Assembly: GCF_001194135.2 (NCBI RefSeq)
Contig: NC_068983.1
Location: 121,507,873 to 121,564,227 of the forward strand
DNA length: 56,355 bases
Direction: 5' to 3'
From: Octopus bimaculoides
Taxonomy: Eukaryota
The translations under genes were made by a program, and so were the position numbers. The notes below the pieces were generated by a model. That model was not told where the DNA came from, did no database searches, and saw nothing but the letters and a program-made list of their open reading frames with translations. Of the stretch, positions 22,901 through 36,230 are shown one piece after another (position 1 is the stretch's first letter; each line of letters starts with the position of its first letter).

Positions 22901-25900
22901 ATGCTAGCATGGAAAGTGGATGTTAAACAACGATGATGATGATGATGATGTTGTGGGAAGCTTACAAGTGCAGACATGGCTGTGTGGTTAAGTAAATTCG
23001 ATTCCCAATAGTGAGGTTTCAGATTCAGTCCCACTGCATGGCACCTTGGGCAAGTGTTTTCAACTATAATTCTGGACCTTGTGAGTGAATTTATTAGAAA
23101 GAAACTGAAAGAAGTCTGTTGTGTGGGTGAGTGTATATATACATAAATGTATATATTTGTGTGTATATATAAATATATGCATATATTTGTGTCTCCTTGT
23201 CCTGATAGTTGTAAATGAGTGTCACTGTCATACAAGTGGTGTTATTCATTTTCATTTTCCATGAAAACATGCCCAGCCAAGGGGAAATATTACTTTACTT
23301 GGAAACAGGTGGAAGTTGGCAACAGGAAGGGCCTCCAGTAATAGAAAATCTGCCTCAATAGTTTCCATGCAAGTATTGAAAAGGGAACATTAAAATGATG
23401 AACATAGGTAGAAGGCCTCAAATGTTTGAAGCAAGGGTATGGTTAATTAAATACGTAAAATATGCTGTGCATGAGAAGACCCGGCAAGCCAAGTGAGACC
23501 TAAATCTAAGGCCTCAGCCAGCCCACTTATACGTACCTTCCTTCATTGGACACTAAACTCCACTTGCGAAGACCTGTTGAGGCAAGTGAAATCGAAATCG
23601 AATTAAATTCGGCGACTGGCACCCATGCCAACGTCGTCTCCTTCATTGGAAACGAAACTTGGCTTACGAAGACCTATTGGGGCAAGCAAAAGCGAAACTG
23701 TCATGGTACCTGTGCCCAGCATCACCTTCCTGGCACTTGTGCCGGATGGCACGTGTAAAGACATTCGAGCGAGATCGTTACCAGTGCTGCTGAACTGGCT
23801 CCTGTGCAGGTGGCACGTAAAATACACCATTTTGAGTGTGGCCGTTGCCAGTATCGCCTGACTGGCCTTCGTGCCGGTGTCACGTAAAAGCACCCACTAC
23901 ACTCTCGGAGTGGTTGGCGTTAGGAAGGGCATCCAGCTGTAGAAACTCTGCCAAATCAGATTGGAGCCTGGCGTAGCCATCTGGTTTCACCAGTCCTTAG
24001 TCAAATTGTCCAACCCATGCTAGCATGGAAAGTGGACGTTAAATGACGATGATGATGATAATGATTGATATTTGTTGTGTTGATGCTAGAAGGATAAAAG
24101 CAAAGTTGAAGTGAGATTGTAAAGGGATGCAACCAACTACTGTAAGGCATTCAATCTAGGCTCTATGATTATATAAATCCACTACCCTAATAAAGTTATT
24201 GATAGACAATCCATTCTATTATAGGCACAAAGCCTCAAATATTGAGGGAAGGGGATAGTCAATTAAATTGACCCCAGTACTCAACAAGTACTTATTTCAT
24301 CAGCCTTGAAAGAAGGAAAGGTAAAGTCAACCTCAGCAGAATTTGAACTCAGAATATAAAGGTAGATGAAATGCTGCCAAGAATTTTGTCTGGCATACTA
24401 ACAATTCTTCCAGTTTGCTGACTTAATTGATAGATAATATTGTATTTCCTAAATATTCTGCAACAATAGGCACAGGAGTGGCTGTGTGGTAAGTAGCTTG
24501 CTTACCAACCACATGGTTCCGGGTTCAGTCCCACTGTGTGGCACCTTGGGCAAATGTCTTCTACTATAGCCTCGGGCCGACCAAAGCCTTGTGAGTGGAG
24601 TTGGTAGACGGAAACTGAAAGAAGCCCGTCGTATATATGTATATGTATATATGTGTGTGTGTTTATGTGTCTGTGTTTGTCCCCGCAACATCGCTTGACA
24701 ACCGATGCTGGTGTGTTTACGTCCCCGTAACTTAACGGTTCGGCAAAAGAGACCGATACAATAAGTACTTGGCTTACAGAGAATAAGTCTATACAGATTA
24801 CTGTTTTAGTTGATTTCTTGAATAGCAATAATAATTTCTAATATAGACCACGCTGGCAAAAATTTTGGAAGATGGATATAATCAAAATTTTAATTCTAGT
24901 ACTTGATTGGTACACTTCCTATCAAATCCAACAAGAGTGATAAGCAAAGTTGTGTCCCTTCTACTCTGAGCTCAAATTCTGGCAGGATTTCAATTCAGAA
25001 TGTACAGACATATCCAAGCAGTGTAAGGCATGTTTTCCTTTGCCCAAGCATTTTTGGCATTCCACTTTCCTAATAATATAAATAATTCTTTCTAATTTTG
25101 GTACAAGGCCAACAATTTGAAGGGGGGAGGGGCAAGTCAAAATGATGAAAGGCAAAGTTGACTTCAGTGAAATTTTAACTCAGGAACATTAAACCAGAAG
25201 AAACGCTGCTGAGCATTTTGTCCTGCATGCTAATGATTCTGCCAGGTCATCCCACTCCTGAATAATAATAATAATAATAATAATATAATAATGGTTTCAA
25301 ATTTTGCCAGAAGGGCAACAGTTTTGGGGGAGAGGATGAGTCGATTACATTGACTCCAGTGTTCACTTGGTACTTATTTTATCGACCCTGGAAGGATGAA
25401 AGGCAAAGTTGACCTCAGCAGAATTTGAACTCAGAACATAGCATTTTGCTAACGATTCTCCCAGCTTGCCCACCTTAGTAAGTAAAGTTTTCTTCTCAAG
25501 TCATACAGACTCATAAGGGCCAGTTTCCATGGCGTAAATATTCCCCACCGAGACAGGATGCCAGTCTGTTGCAGAATTACTCATTTTTGCCATCTGAGTG
25601 GACTGGAGCAACAGGAAATGAAGTGTTTTGCTCAAGGACACCACGTGTCACTCGGTCATCATCATCATCATCATCGTTTAACGTCCGTTTTCCATGCTAG
25701 CATGGGTTGGACGATTTGACTGAGGACTGGTGAAACCAGATGGCTACACCAGGCTCCAATCTGATTTGGCAGAGTTTCTACAGCTGGATGCCCTTCCTAA
25801 CGCCAACCACTCAGAGAGTGTAGTGGGTGATTTTACGTGTCACCCGCATGAAGGCCAGTCAGGCGGTACTGGCAACGGCCACGCTCAAAATGGTGTATTT

Positions 25901-28900
25901 TATGTGACACCCACACAAGAGCCAGTCCAGGGGCACTGGCAACGATCTCGCTCAAAAATCCTTACACATGTTCGAAAATCCTTGATAATAATAATGGTAA
26001 TAATAATAATAATAATACTTTTTACTATAGGCACAAGGCCTGAAATTTTGGGGGAAGGAGTTTGTTGATTGCATCAATTCCAGTGCTTGACTAATACTCA
26101 TTTTATTGACCCTGAAAGGATGACAAGAAAAGTCAGCTTCAACAGAATTTGAACTTGGAATGTAAAGCTGGAAGAAATGCTGCTAAGCATTTTGACTGAT
26201 ATTCTAATGATTTTTACCAGCTCAATGTCTTCCTAATTTTGCTGTTGGCACTCCGTAGCTTACGACATTGAGGGTTCCAGTTGATCCGATCAACGGAAAA
26301 GCCTGCTCGTGAAATTAATGTGCAAGTGGCTGAGCACTCCACAGACACGTGTACCCTTAACGTAGTTCTCGGGGATATTCAACGTGACAAGGCTGACCCT
26401 TTGAATTACAGGTACAACAGAAACAGGAAGTAAGAGTGAGAGAAAGTTGTGGTGGAAGAGTACAGCAGGGTTCACCACCATCCCCTGCCGGAGGCTCGTG
26501 GAGCTTTAGGTGTTTTCGCTCAATAAACACACACAACGCCCGGTCTGGGAATCGAAACCGCAATCCTATGACCAGGAGTCCGCTGCCCTAACCACTGGGC
26601 CATTGCGCCTCCGCCTTCCTAATAGGTAAAAACAAAAGCTGATTTATTCACACACTGAAGAACAGTTCCAGATCCTTCAGGATGCTACTATAGAAAACCT
26701 TGAAAAGCAACAGCTGACCTTCTCTGTAGTCTTCCTGAAAGTTGGTATGACACCTTTCACATCTCGCAGAAAAATTATATTGTTGAGGAACAGTATTATG
26801 ATATGTGTGAGGTGTTTTATGATTGGATGGTTTTTAAATAGGTCACTAATTGTTGCTTTAGGTTATTGATTTAGCCAATAATAAAATTGTACTTAACACA
26901 CTAAGAGAAAAAGCAACCCTATTGCATTAGTGCTTGTTTAAATTCCACGTAATACTTCAACTAAAATTATGATAAGGCACCCTTCAGATATTGAACTGAT
27001 AAGCAAACTTTATCAAGCCAAATACCCCAGTTGCTCAGATCAACCCACCTCAAGAATTTGTTGTTTTTTTTTAAGACTTTGGACCAAATCATTTAATTTT
27101 GTGTATGTTGTGTATTTGGAACATGAAGCAAGTGTTTTCTGTTAAGTTGTGATCTGATTTTGATTGCCCTTTGGAACTATTTCACTTACGTTGCTAATAT
27201 TCTGAGGAGAGGTATGAGTGTAAACCACATACCTTACCACCTATGTATATTTGCTTTTCTATTTAAACAATAAATGAGGTTCCCCGTTAACCTATTTAAT
27301 AGTCCCACTTGTTGAACTGATATAGTGGTTGTTTTAGTGCATTGTTAAATTCTATTAAGCCAATTGGTCAAAGCAATGTTTTAATACATCTCTGTGTATG
27401 TAGTGTAGCACTTTATTGTATGAAACTTTTTAATACAGCTGTGTATAGAAATTAAATGAATCTGCATCTCTTTTGACAATGAATATTCAGTTCTTTGATC
27501 AAATATAAAACCTGCTCATTAAATTAGCACATAAAGGGCTGAGTATTCCACAGGTGCATGTAACCATAGCATATTTTTCAAGCAGAATCAGTGTGTGACA
27601 CTGATTTACTGGTACAAGTCATTTACTAGGCATGGGCTGTAGTAAAAGACATTTGCCCAAGATGTCAAACTGGAGTTCAGCCTAGAACCTCATGATTTGT
27701 GAAGCAAACTTCTTAACCACTTGTGCATCATCATCATAATAATGTCCATTTTTCCATGCTTGCATGAGTCAGACAGGTTTTCTACAGCCAGATGACTTTT
27801 TTGTTATCAACCTTCACCTCATTCCAAGCAAAGTAATATTTCCCCATGGTCAGACATGTTTAAGCAGAATATTGGAAATGAATGACATTATTTGGATAAC
27901 AATGACACTCATTTGCAACTACCATGCCATATCAAGACAAAAAGACACAAATATACATACACTCACACACTCACACGGCGGGCTTCCTTTCATTTTCTAT
28001 CTGTCAAATCCACTCAAGGTTTGGTTGGTCCAGTGCTCTAGTGGAAAACCTTGCCTAAGGTGCCATGCACTGGAACTGAACCTGAAACTATGTGATTGGG
28101 AGTATGTTGTTTCAGATCCCTCCAGTATGATACCATGTTAACCATTTATTATTATTTAACATAGTACTGTATAATGTTTTCTGTTATGTTTTCTAGTTAT
28201 AGATATATGTGAGTACACTATGGTGCAGAAGGTCTTTACTATTTCATCATTCATCCATGATAAAAATGTTCAGTCTTCTCTAACAATCACAGAATAAATC
28301 TGTTGTGCTAAACCATGTTTACTCAGATACCTAAGCACTGTACTTTTAACAGTTATTGTATCTTTTAACTCTTTTTTTTACTGTATTTGTAATGAATCAG
28401 CCAAGCCGCAGCAACACCACCAGTGGGCCAACAAGGGAACCTGGTTCCTTAGCCTGCTACAAATAGCAGATAAATCTTCCTCAATTATATGTTACTGTCT
28501 TATTAAAGAAAGTTACAATTGTAAAATGTAATCCAAGATATGCTATGCCCACTAAAACACTAGAGCTGCCCAGGAGCTAAGCAACAACAGTAATAACACT
28601 AATGATAATCCTTTCAACTAAAGGCACAAGGCCTGAAATTTTGGAGGAAGAACTAGTTCATTACATTGACCTCAGTATTCAACTGGTGCTAATTTTTTGG
28701 ACCCCAAAAGGATGAAAGGCAAAATCAATCTTGATGGAATTTGAACTCAGAATGTAAAGGTGAACAAAATCTCTCTAAGCATTTTGCTTGGCATGCTAAT
28801 GATTCTGCCAGATCACCACCTTAATAATAATAATATTTTCAAATTTTGGTACAAGGCCAGCAATTTCTGGGAGGAGGTAAATCGATTACATTGGCTCCAG

Positions 28901-29278
28901 TGCTCAACTGGTCCTTATTTCATCAACCCCAAAAGGACAAAAGGTAAAGTTGAACTTGACAGAATTTGAACTCAGAGCATAAAAACAGACAGAATGCCAC
29001 CCAGCATTTTGCCTGGCATGCTAATGGTTCTGCCAGATTACCACCATAATAATAATAATAGTCCTTTCTACTAAAGGCACGAGTCCTGGAATTTTGGGAG
29101 AGGGGGCTAGTCAATTACATTGACCCCCAATACTTGACTGGTACTTAATTTATCAACCCCGAAAGGATGAAAGGCAAGTCAACCTTGGCAGTATTTGGAC
29201 TCAGAATGTAAAAACGGACAAAATGCTGCTAAGTATTTTGCCCGTTGTGCTAACAATTCTGCCAGCTCACTGCCTTAG

Positions 29279-29315
<37 letters not shown>

Positions 29316-32300
29316 TGATGGTGATAATGATGATTTGTTATATAGTTACAAAACCTCACCCTTTAAAGGAGGTGCAGATGCATTTGCTTAGATTGGTCCC
29401 ATTACCTGATTTATTATTTTATCATCCCTCCTTCCCTCAAATTATGCAAGGCAAAGTTGAACTCAATGGGATACTAATTAAATACTGCAAGATATTATAG
29501 TATTTAATTGCAGTATTGTACATCATCATCATCATCATCATCATCATCATTTAACGTCCGCTTTCCATGCTAGCATGGGTTGGACGATTTGACTGAGGAC
29601 TGGTGAAACCGGATGGCAACACCAGGCTCCAATCTGATTTGGCAGAGTTTCTACAGCTGGATGCCCTTCCTAACGCCAACCACTCTGAGAGTGTAGTGGG
29701 TGCTTTTACGTGTCACCCGCATGAAGGCCAGTTAGGCGGTACTGGCAACAATCATCGTCATTATTATTATTATCTTTAAGGTACCAAGTTGGCAGAATCA
29801 TTAGCATTCTGGGCAGAATGCTTGGCAGCATTTCGTCTGTCTTTACACTCTGAGTACACATTCTGCTGAGGTTGATTTAGCCTTTCATACTTTCAAGGTT
29901 GATAAAATAAGTGTCAGTTGAGCATTGGGGGTCAATGTAATCGACTTAACCCCCTCCCTTGAAATCACTGGCTTTGTAACAAATACTGCAAGATATTTTA
30001 TCTAGCACTCTACCAAATCTGTACTTAATAAATGATATTAATGATATTGCTAATTTACAGTAGGAGAGTACAGTTGATAAAATGTTTCTTTGAATATCTA
30101 GCGTACCAAATACCCAAAGTGTTTCCCTGTGTTTCCTTTCACAATATTCCATTGAATCTAGTTTATCAGACATATAGATGATCTCTTCCTGTGTTGACTT
30201 TACATTATCTCACTCTATCTCTAGTCTTCCTGTTCCACACTGAATCTTTGTCTCTATCAGACATCTTTACACTGTCTCTCTCTCTACTAATTTCTACAGC
30301 ATCCAACTGCATCTCTAGTACATCAGACATTCAGTATATTTTATACCAATGCTTCCATTGTATCAGTTTTCAAGACATTTGGCCTCAGTTATTAGATCTC
30401 AAACTCACTCCAGACCTCATACAATATTGTACACCAACTGAGCAAGTCCTTCTGCATGTCCTTAAACATGCTACCAGTTCCTTGATATTATGACTCTTCC
30501 TAGATACCATACTAAGCAGTTTTCCACAGTATTCCTTCCTAGAAATTCACCTCTCTCAGAACCTGTCCCTCATATCTACTAACTCTCACATAATTCTTCA
30601 CTCTACTCATCTCTTTACATTAGGGCACCATGGAGCCCTAGTTCAAATCTCACCCTCACTACTACTCTAATTAATACATTTTTTTCTTTTTGTTTTAATT
30701 TACCAGGAGTCTCGTTCGTTTGCTATGAATCTATTTCGAGGAAATGTCATCTCTGATCAAGTCTTTCCATTTCCAGAAGGTTCTGTATTTTTTATTTTCT
30801 TTATTTTTAATTATTATAAGTTATTCAGAAAATGTTCATTCTTTTTAAATTCTTGCTTTTTTTTCCATAGTATTTTCTCATGTATTAATTCTTTCAGATC
30901 AATAATTTTTGAAAAACACATTATTATTTATTATTCTTATAACAGTCATGTAGTCATAATGAATGAATTAATTCTATTTGCCACCAGATTTGTGACCTTA
31001 TGCTAATTAATGTTAGAAATCATTATAATCACCAATAGTGTGGTTATTGATAGAATCGTAAGTGCCAGACAAATATCGTATAGCATCAAGTTTGTTTTTT
31101 TACATTCCAACTTTAAATCTTACCAGGGTCCATTTTGCCATTCATCCTTCTGGTATTGGTGAAATAAATAACTATTATGAGTAGTTAATGTACCTTGCCT
31201 GCTAAAAATCGTTTAAATTGATGTTCCTTGAACAGTTGCAAGCGAATGGCTACAGGAAAAACATAAGCAGAAAGAGAATTCCAGGAGAATGTCACTCTGG
31301 AGAGAGAGGATCTGATCTATTGCTTAGTGTAGGAAAAAGTCATTGTGGGGAACATAATATGGAGTGGGAGATAGAAGGGGAGAGTTTGAGTGTAGGTTGC
31401 ATGAGACCAGCCAGCTCCAAGGAGCAGAGATAGGAGACAGAACATCTGTCATGTTGGCCAGCTCAGATCCCTCGCTTAAATATCATTGAGCAAATGTGGA
31501 CAGAACTAAAGAGAAGAGTTTGTCAGAAGAATCCACACAACCTTGAAGAGTTGTGGGATCTCGGCCACAGAGAATGGCATTTCATACCTGTGAAGATGGT
31601 GAAGGATTTATACACATCTCTTCCCAGGCACATTGAAGCAATTATTCAAGCTAAGGGAAGCCACACAAAATATTAACAATGTACAGTAACTTCTTGAAAT
31701 GAACATTATGTAATCAATTTTCATTATAGGCATTTTTCTGTTTTAAAACACTGTATCTTGATTGGTTTATGTGAGGTGACTGAAAGCTTTTGCATGGCCA
31801 TTTTTGGTAGTCGTCTCACATCTTTCCCACTCATTCAGAACCCCCTACTACAAAATATAATGATTAGGTATGGAAATGACTCCAAGGCCAATGTTTCATC
31901 TATGAAAAACGCAATGCAAAACATCCACTTATAAGTTGGCAATTAGTAGAAATTTGCAATAGTTAAAAGGGGCCAAAGAATTTTGCATGGTACTGTAGTA
32001 TGTAGTTCAGTATTTTGTATTGTTATTTATTCTTGATCAAACATGATCAAATACATGTTTATTTTATTCTTTTTTTTTTCTTGGCTGTAGTGTATCTAGA
32101 ACTACTATTCATGTAATCTTGTTTTTTTTAATGTTAGAGGGAGATTTGGCTACTATCTTTAGTTTGGTTGAGTTATGTTAGAAATTCCTTCAATGGTTCG
32201 TGCATTTTGTTTTTGTTTCTTGAAGTATTTTGTTTGTAATTTGCTAGTGAAGTTTAATTGTTTTTCTAATATCAGCAGTAATTATAATGGTGTGTGTAGA

Positions 32301-34094
32301 TGTGAGGAGGTTTGTTGTTGTTGAAGCTATCATATTTGAAAGATTTGTGAGTAGTAGTATGATGGTAAAGTGTCAGACTGTATGACATCTCTCTGCCGCC
32401 TGAATATATGAGTTGCTAATGTCAAGGATGTGTCTTTCTAAAGTTCTAGTAGACTTACATTGGAGAGTGATGGATATCTGTGATGTTTTTGTTAGGTTTT
32501 AGAATTTGTTAGGCTTTAGAACTGTTACAATTTTTGCCCAGTTTTCAAATTCTGTGGATTTGGCAGTATTGACATAAGTTGAAGATATTGGTGGGTGCAA
32601 TAATTACTTCACTTCTAGGTATTTTAGTTTGTGTTTTCCCTCGTTTTGAAGGCATTGTGGTTTGATTCAATAATGATTTGGTTGCTATTTTTAACAAGTC
32701 AAGTTATGTTGCACAAACATCTGTAGTTGTAGTGACTGTTTGAAAAATGAAATGGGCATATAAAATCTCTTCCAAATGAGCATGAAACCCTTTTTGAAAG
32801 GAATCCAGTCTTTCAACTCCTGTAGATTGTATGTTTTATCAGTTTAGCTCAAGGGAGACAGAAATTAGTCAAATCTCAATGCATAAATGGGGTTTTTTTT
32901 TTTAACGCATAAAGATTTAAAGCAAAAGTATGTCTTTCAGGATTTGAACTCTGATTATGAAGGATCATATTATGTACATTAAACTTGTAGTATCACCTAC
33001 TATCTACTGTACTAATTTTTGTCTCCCAGTTCCATGTGAAAACATGACATAGACACATGTGGAGAAATTTTGAGTAACAGGAGCCTTTTATTTTTAAATT
33101 TCATCTTTCAGTTCTAAATGAAGACCAGAAGCAAACTTTGTCTGAGTTAGTTGATCCTTGTGCTAAATTCTTTGAGGTAAGTTCAAAGAATTAAACTTTT
33201 AAAATTGAATCTAAAATTGAAACTGAAAAAATGTCCTTGATTTATTAAGCATTGATGTCTTTTTGACTATAGAAAGACTTTATAATCATGGTTGTATTGA
33301 GTAGTTTAGATAAAAGTAATAAAATATTTTCAATTTTTGATTGGAACTTTTAGAGTCCATTACTTTTGAAGTGATTCTATACTGTACTTTGCCTTTAATG
33401 TATGGTTGCTGCTGATACAGAGGTAAACATTCTTGACCACATCCAGAGAAAGTTTTTTTTCACTCACTTGTAACAAACTACAGTCACTACCTCATCCTTT
33501 TTCTGTCTTATATTGCTACTACAACCTTCACTGACCAACCAAAAGCTTAATTTTGCTCATTGATTTATTAATATCCATATTTTTTTATACTATTCTCATT
33601 CAGCATTTACCTTTTAAATATTTGTGTGGATTAGTGTCCCATTTATGGAAATTATGAAAGAAGGTGAGGAATTATATAATGAAATTATTTTCAACATTAG
33701 GATATTATTAGTCATGTTTCTCTTCACTGGTTACACAATGTTTTACTCATATCCTAATAATAATAAAGATTGATTTGGAAAATGTGTTTGGAATATATTT
33801 TACCTGATTTAAATATTTTATTTCTAAGAAAAAATCATAACCCTTCTAAACACCCATTCCCCACTTGACATTTGTTTCCCCCTTTCTGAGCTCACAATGC
33901 CTCCAAGGGGTTGCCTTTGCCCAGGTTAAGAATATCTTATATTCTTTATGATGTTGAATTCTGTACAATGCTTTGTTTTATTGTATTGTATATGGTGCCT
34001 TTTTCCATTTTACATTGTATTCTCTATAATACTGTAATCCATTTAGTGCTTTATTTCCACATGGTACTCCTCCTCCTCCTCCTCCTCCTCCTCC

Positions 34095-34146
<52 letters not shown>

Positions 34147-36194
34147 AACCACCACCATAATCCATGTTGGCATGAGCTGCAGTTTGACAGGAGCTGTCCA
34201 AACTCCAATTCTGTTGTGGCATAGTTTCTGTAGCTGGATCCCCTTCCTAATGCCAACCATTTGACAGAGTGTGCTGAGTGCTTTTTACATGCCACTGGCA
34301 TGGGTGCATTTATGCAGCACTGGTGCGAGTGCATTTCATGTGGCATTGGTACCTGTAAAGGATAAGCTTGTATATATGGATGACTGCAATTTTACTTAGC
34401 TTGACACATCTTCTCAAGTACAGCATATCACCACAACTCCTGGCCCCTTGTCATTTCTTCAGTGAAGCCCAGCATCTGAATGTCCTTTCTCACCACTTTG
34501 TCCCACATCTTCCTGGGTCTACTCCTTCTACAGGTTCCCTCCACAATTAGAGCTCAGCACTTCTTTACACAGCTGTCCTCATCCATATGCATCACATGAT
34601 CAAACCAACGCAGTCTTCTCTCCTGCACCCAACATCTGATGCCTCTTATATCCAGTTTTTCTCTTAAATCATTTACACTTAAATCATTACACTTTGTGCA
34701 CACTGACATTACACATCCAGTGGAGCATGCTCCCTTCATTTCTTTCAAGACTTTGCAAGTTCTGTGCATGACTTCTTCTGCAATGTTACTATTATTTTTG
34801 AGTGAGGTGGTGATAGAATGGCATAAATGTTAGCATTTGCCCTAAATGATTTACAGTATTCAGTTTTGTCCTTCTGAATTTTGGATTTGAATCTTGTCTA
34901 GAGATTTTCATCTCTCCAAGGTTGATAAACTAAGTGCAGAGGTCAGTCTTGTAGACTCTACCCTTCCTTTACAAATGTTTGATATTATTTATTATTTCAT
35001 GCACAAGTATTCTTATTGTTAATACTTGTGCATCAAAACCAATAACCTGATATTGATTCCCAGTTCAAACATTGCTCTTTTGTTACTGAAGATATTCAAT
35101 AAAGCATAAATGTCATAATTTCTTTGATTCCTCTCAATTCACAGCTTCATTGACACTGTAGACAATTTGATATGTTTAATTTTGTTATGTTTCAGGAAGT
35201 AAACGATGCCACCAAGAATGACCAACTTGAGAAAGTGGATGATGCTTCCATGGACGGTCTCAAAGAAATGGGAGCATTTGGCTTGCAGGTTCCATTTGAT
35301 TATGGTAAGTGAAATGGAAAAGATTGTGTAAATTTGTGTAAATGGATAAGATTGAAGTTGGGTGTCAAATTGGCAGTTTATTGTTGTTCATGACAAGTCT
35401 GAAAGTTATAGATTTGTGTTCTTTTAACTGATTTAGTGTTTTATGTGTGAGAAATTAAGCTCCTGAAGAAAAAAGGATGGAGTGACTTGGATTTGGAAGG
35501 GTTGTTAAACCAACTTACAATGTGGGACCTCATATTCTTTGAGTAGAAATCTTGTCAAAATAAAATGCTACTAACATTTAGAACATTTTAAGCATGAATC
35601 ACATTTTTCCTACTCGGGTTTTTGTTGCTACAAGAAGTATGTGTGTATGTGAGTTGTTTAAAAATGACTCATCTATTACTAATGAAACTGGTATCTCTTA
35701 GAAACATCACCGACATTATTAAGTGCTGAAAGAACTTTAACAATGTTGCTGACCAGCTTGGAATATTTCATGTTATTAAGAGTTTAAACCCAATACCAAT
35801 TAGTATACGGATGGATTTATACATAATAATTGACTCCCTTGTCCTCTAACTAATTTTCTAAACAACTTGTTTCCCTTTTTTTAGGGGGTTTGGGCCTCAC
35901 TAATACAATGTATGCTCGTCTCGTTGAAATTGTTGGTGCTCATGACCTTGGCGTTGCTATCACTCTTGGAGCGCATCAGGTAAAAATTTCTGGCTTTCTT
36001 TAACTTTTCTCTTAAACTATAATTACGATGCACTACAGCTTGTATAACTAAACAAATGTAAGGTTGCTGTGAAATACTTTCTTCACCATCAACTCTGTGA
36101 GGCTTGATATCTAATTAATCTCATTCATCTTTTTTGTCAAAGATGCAAAGCCTTGTGAGTGGATTTGGTAGACGGAAACTGAAAGAAGCCCGTC

Positions 36195-36230
<36 letters not shown>

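Noticed and set aside
30170-32700. Strand-biased stretches (30170-30660, 32150-32700) suggestive of old LINE/Penelope relics
   Set aside because: Only vague motif resemblance with many stops; not supportable without a profile search.
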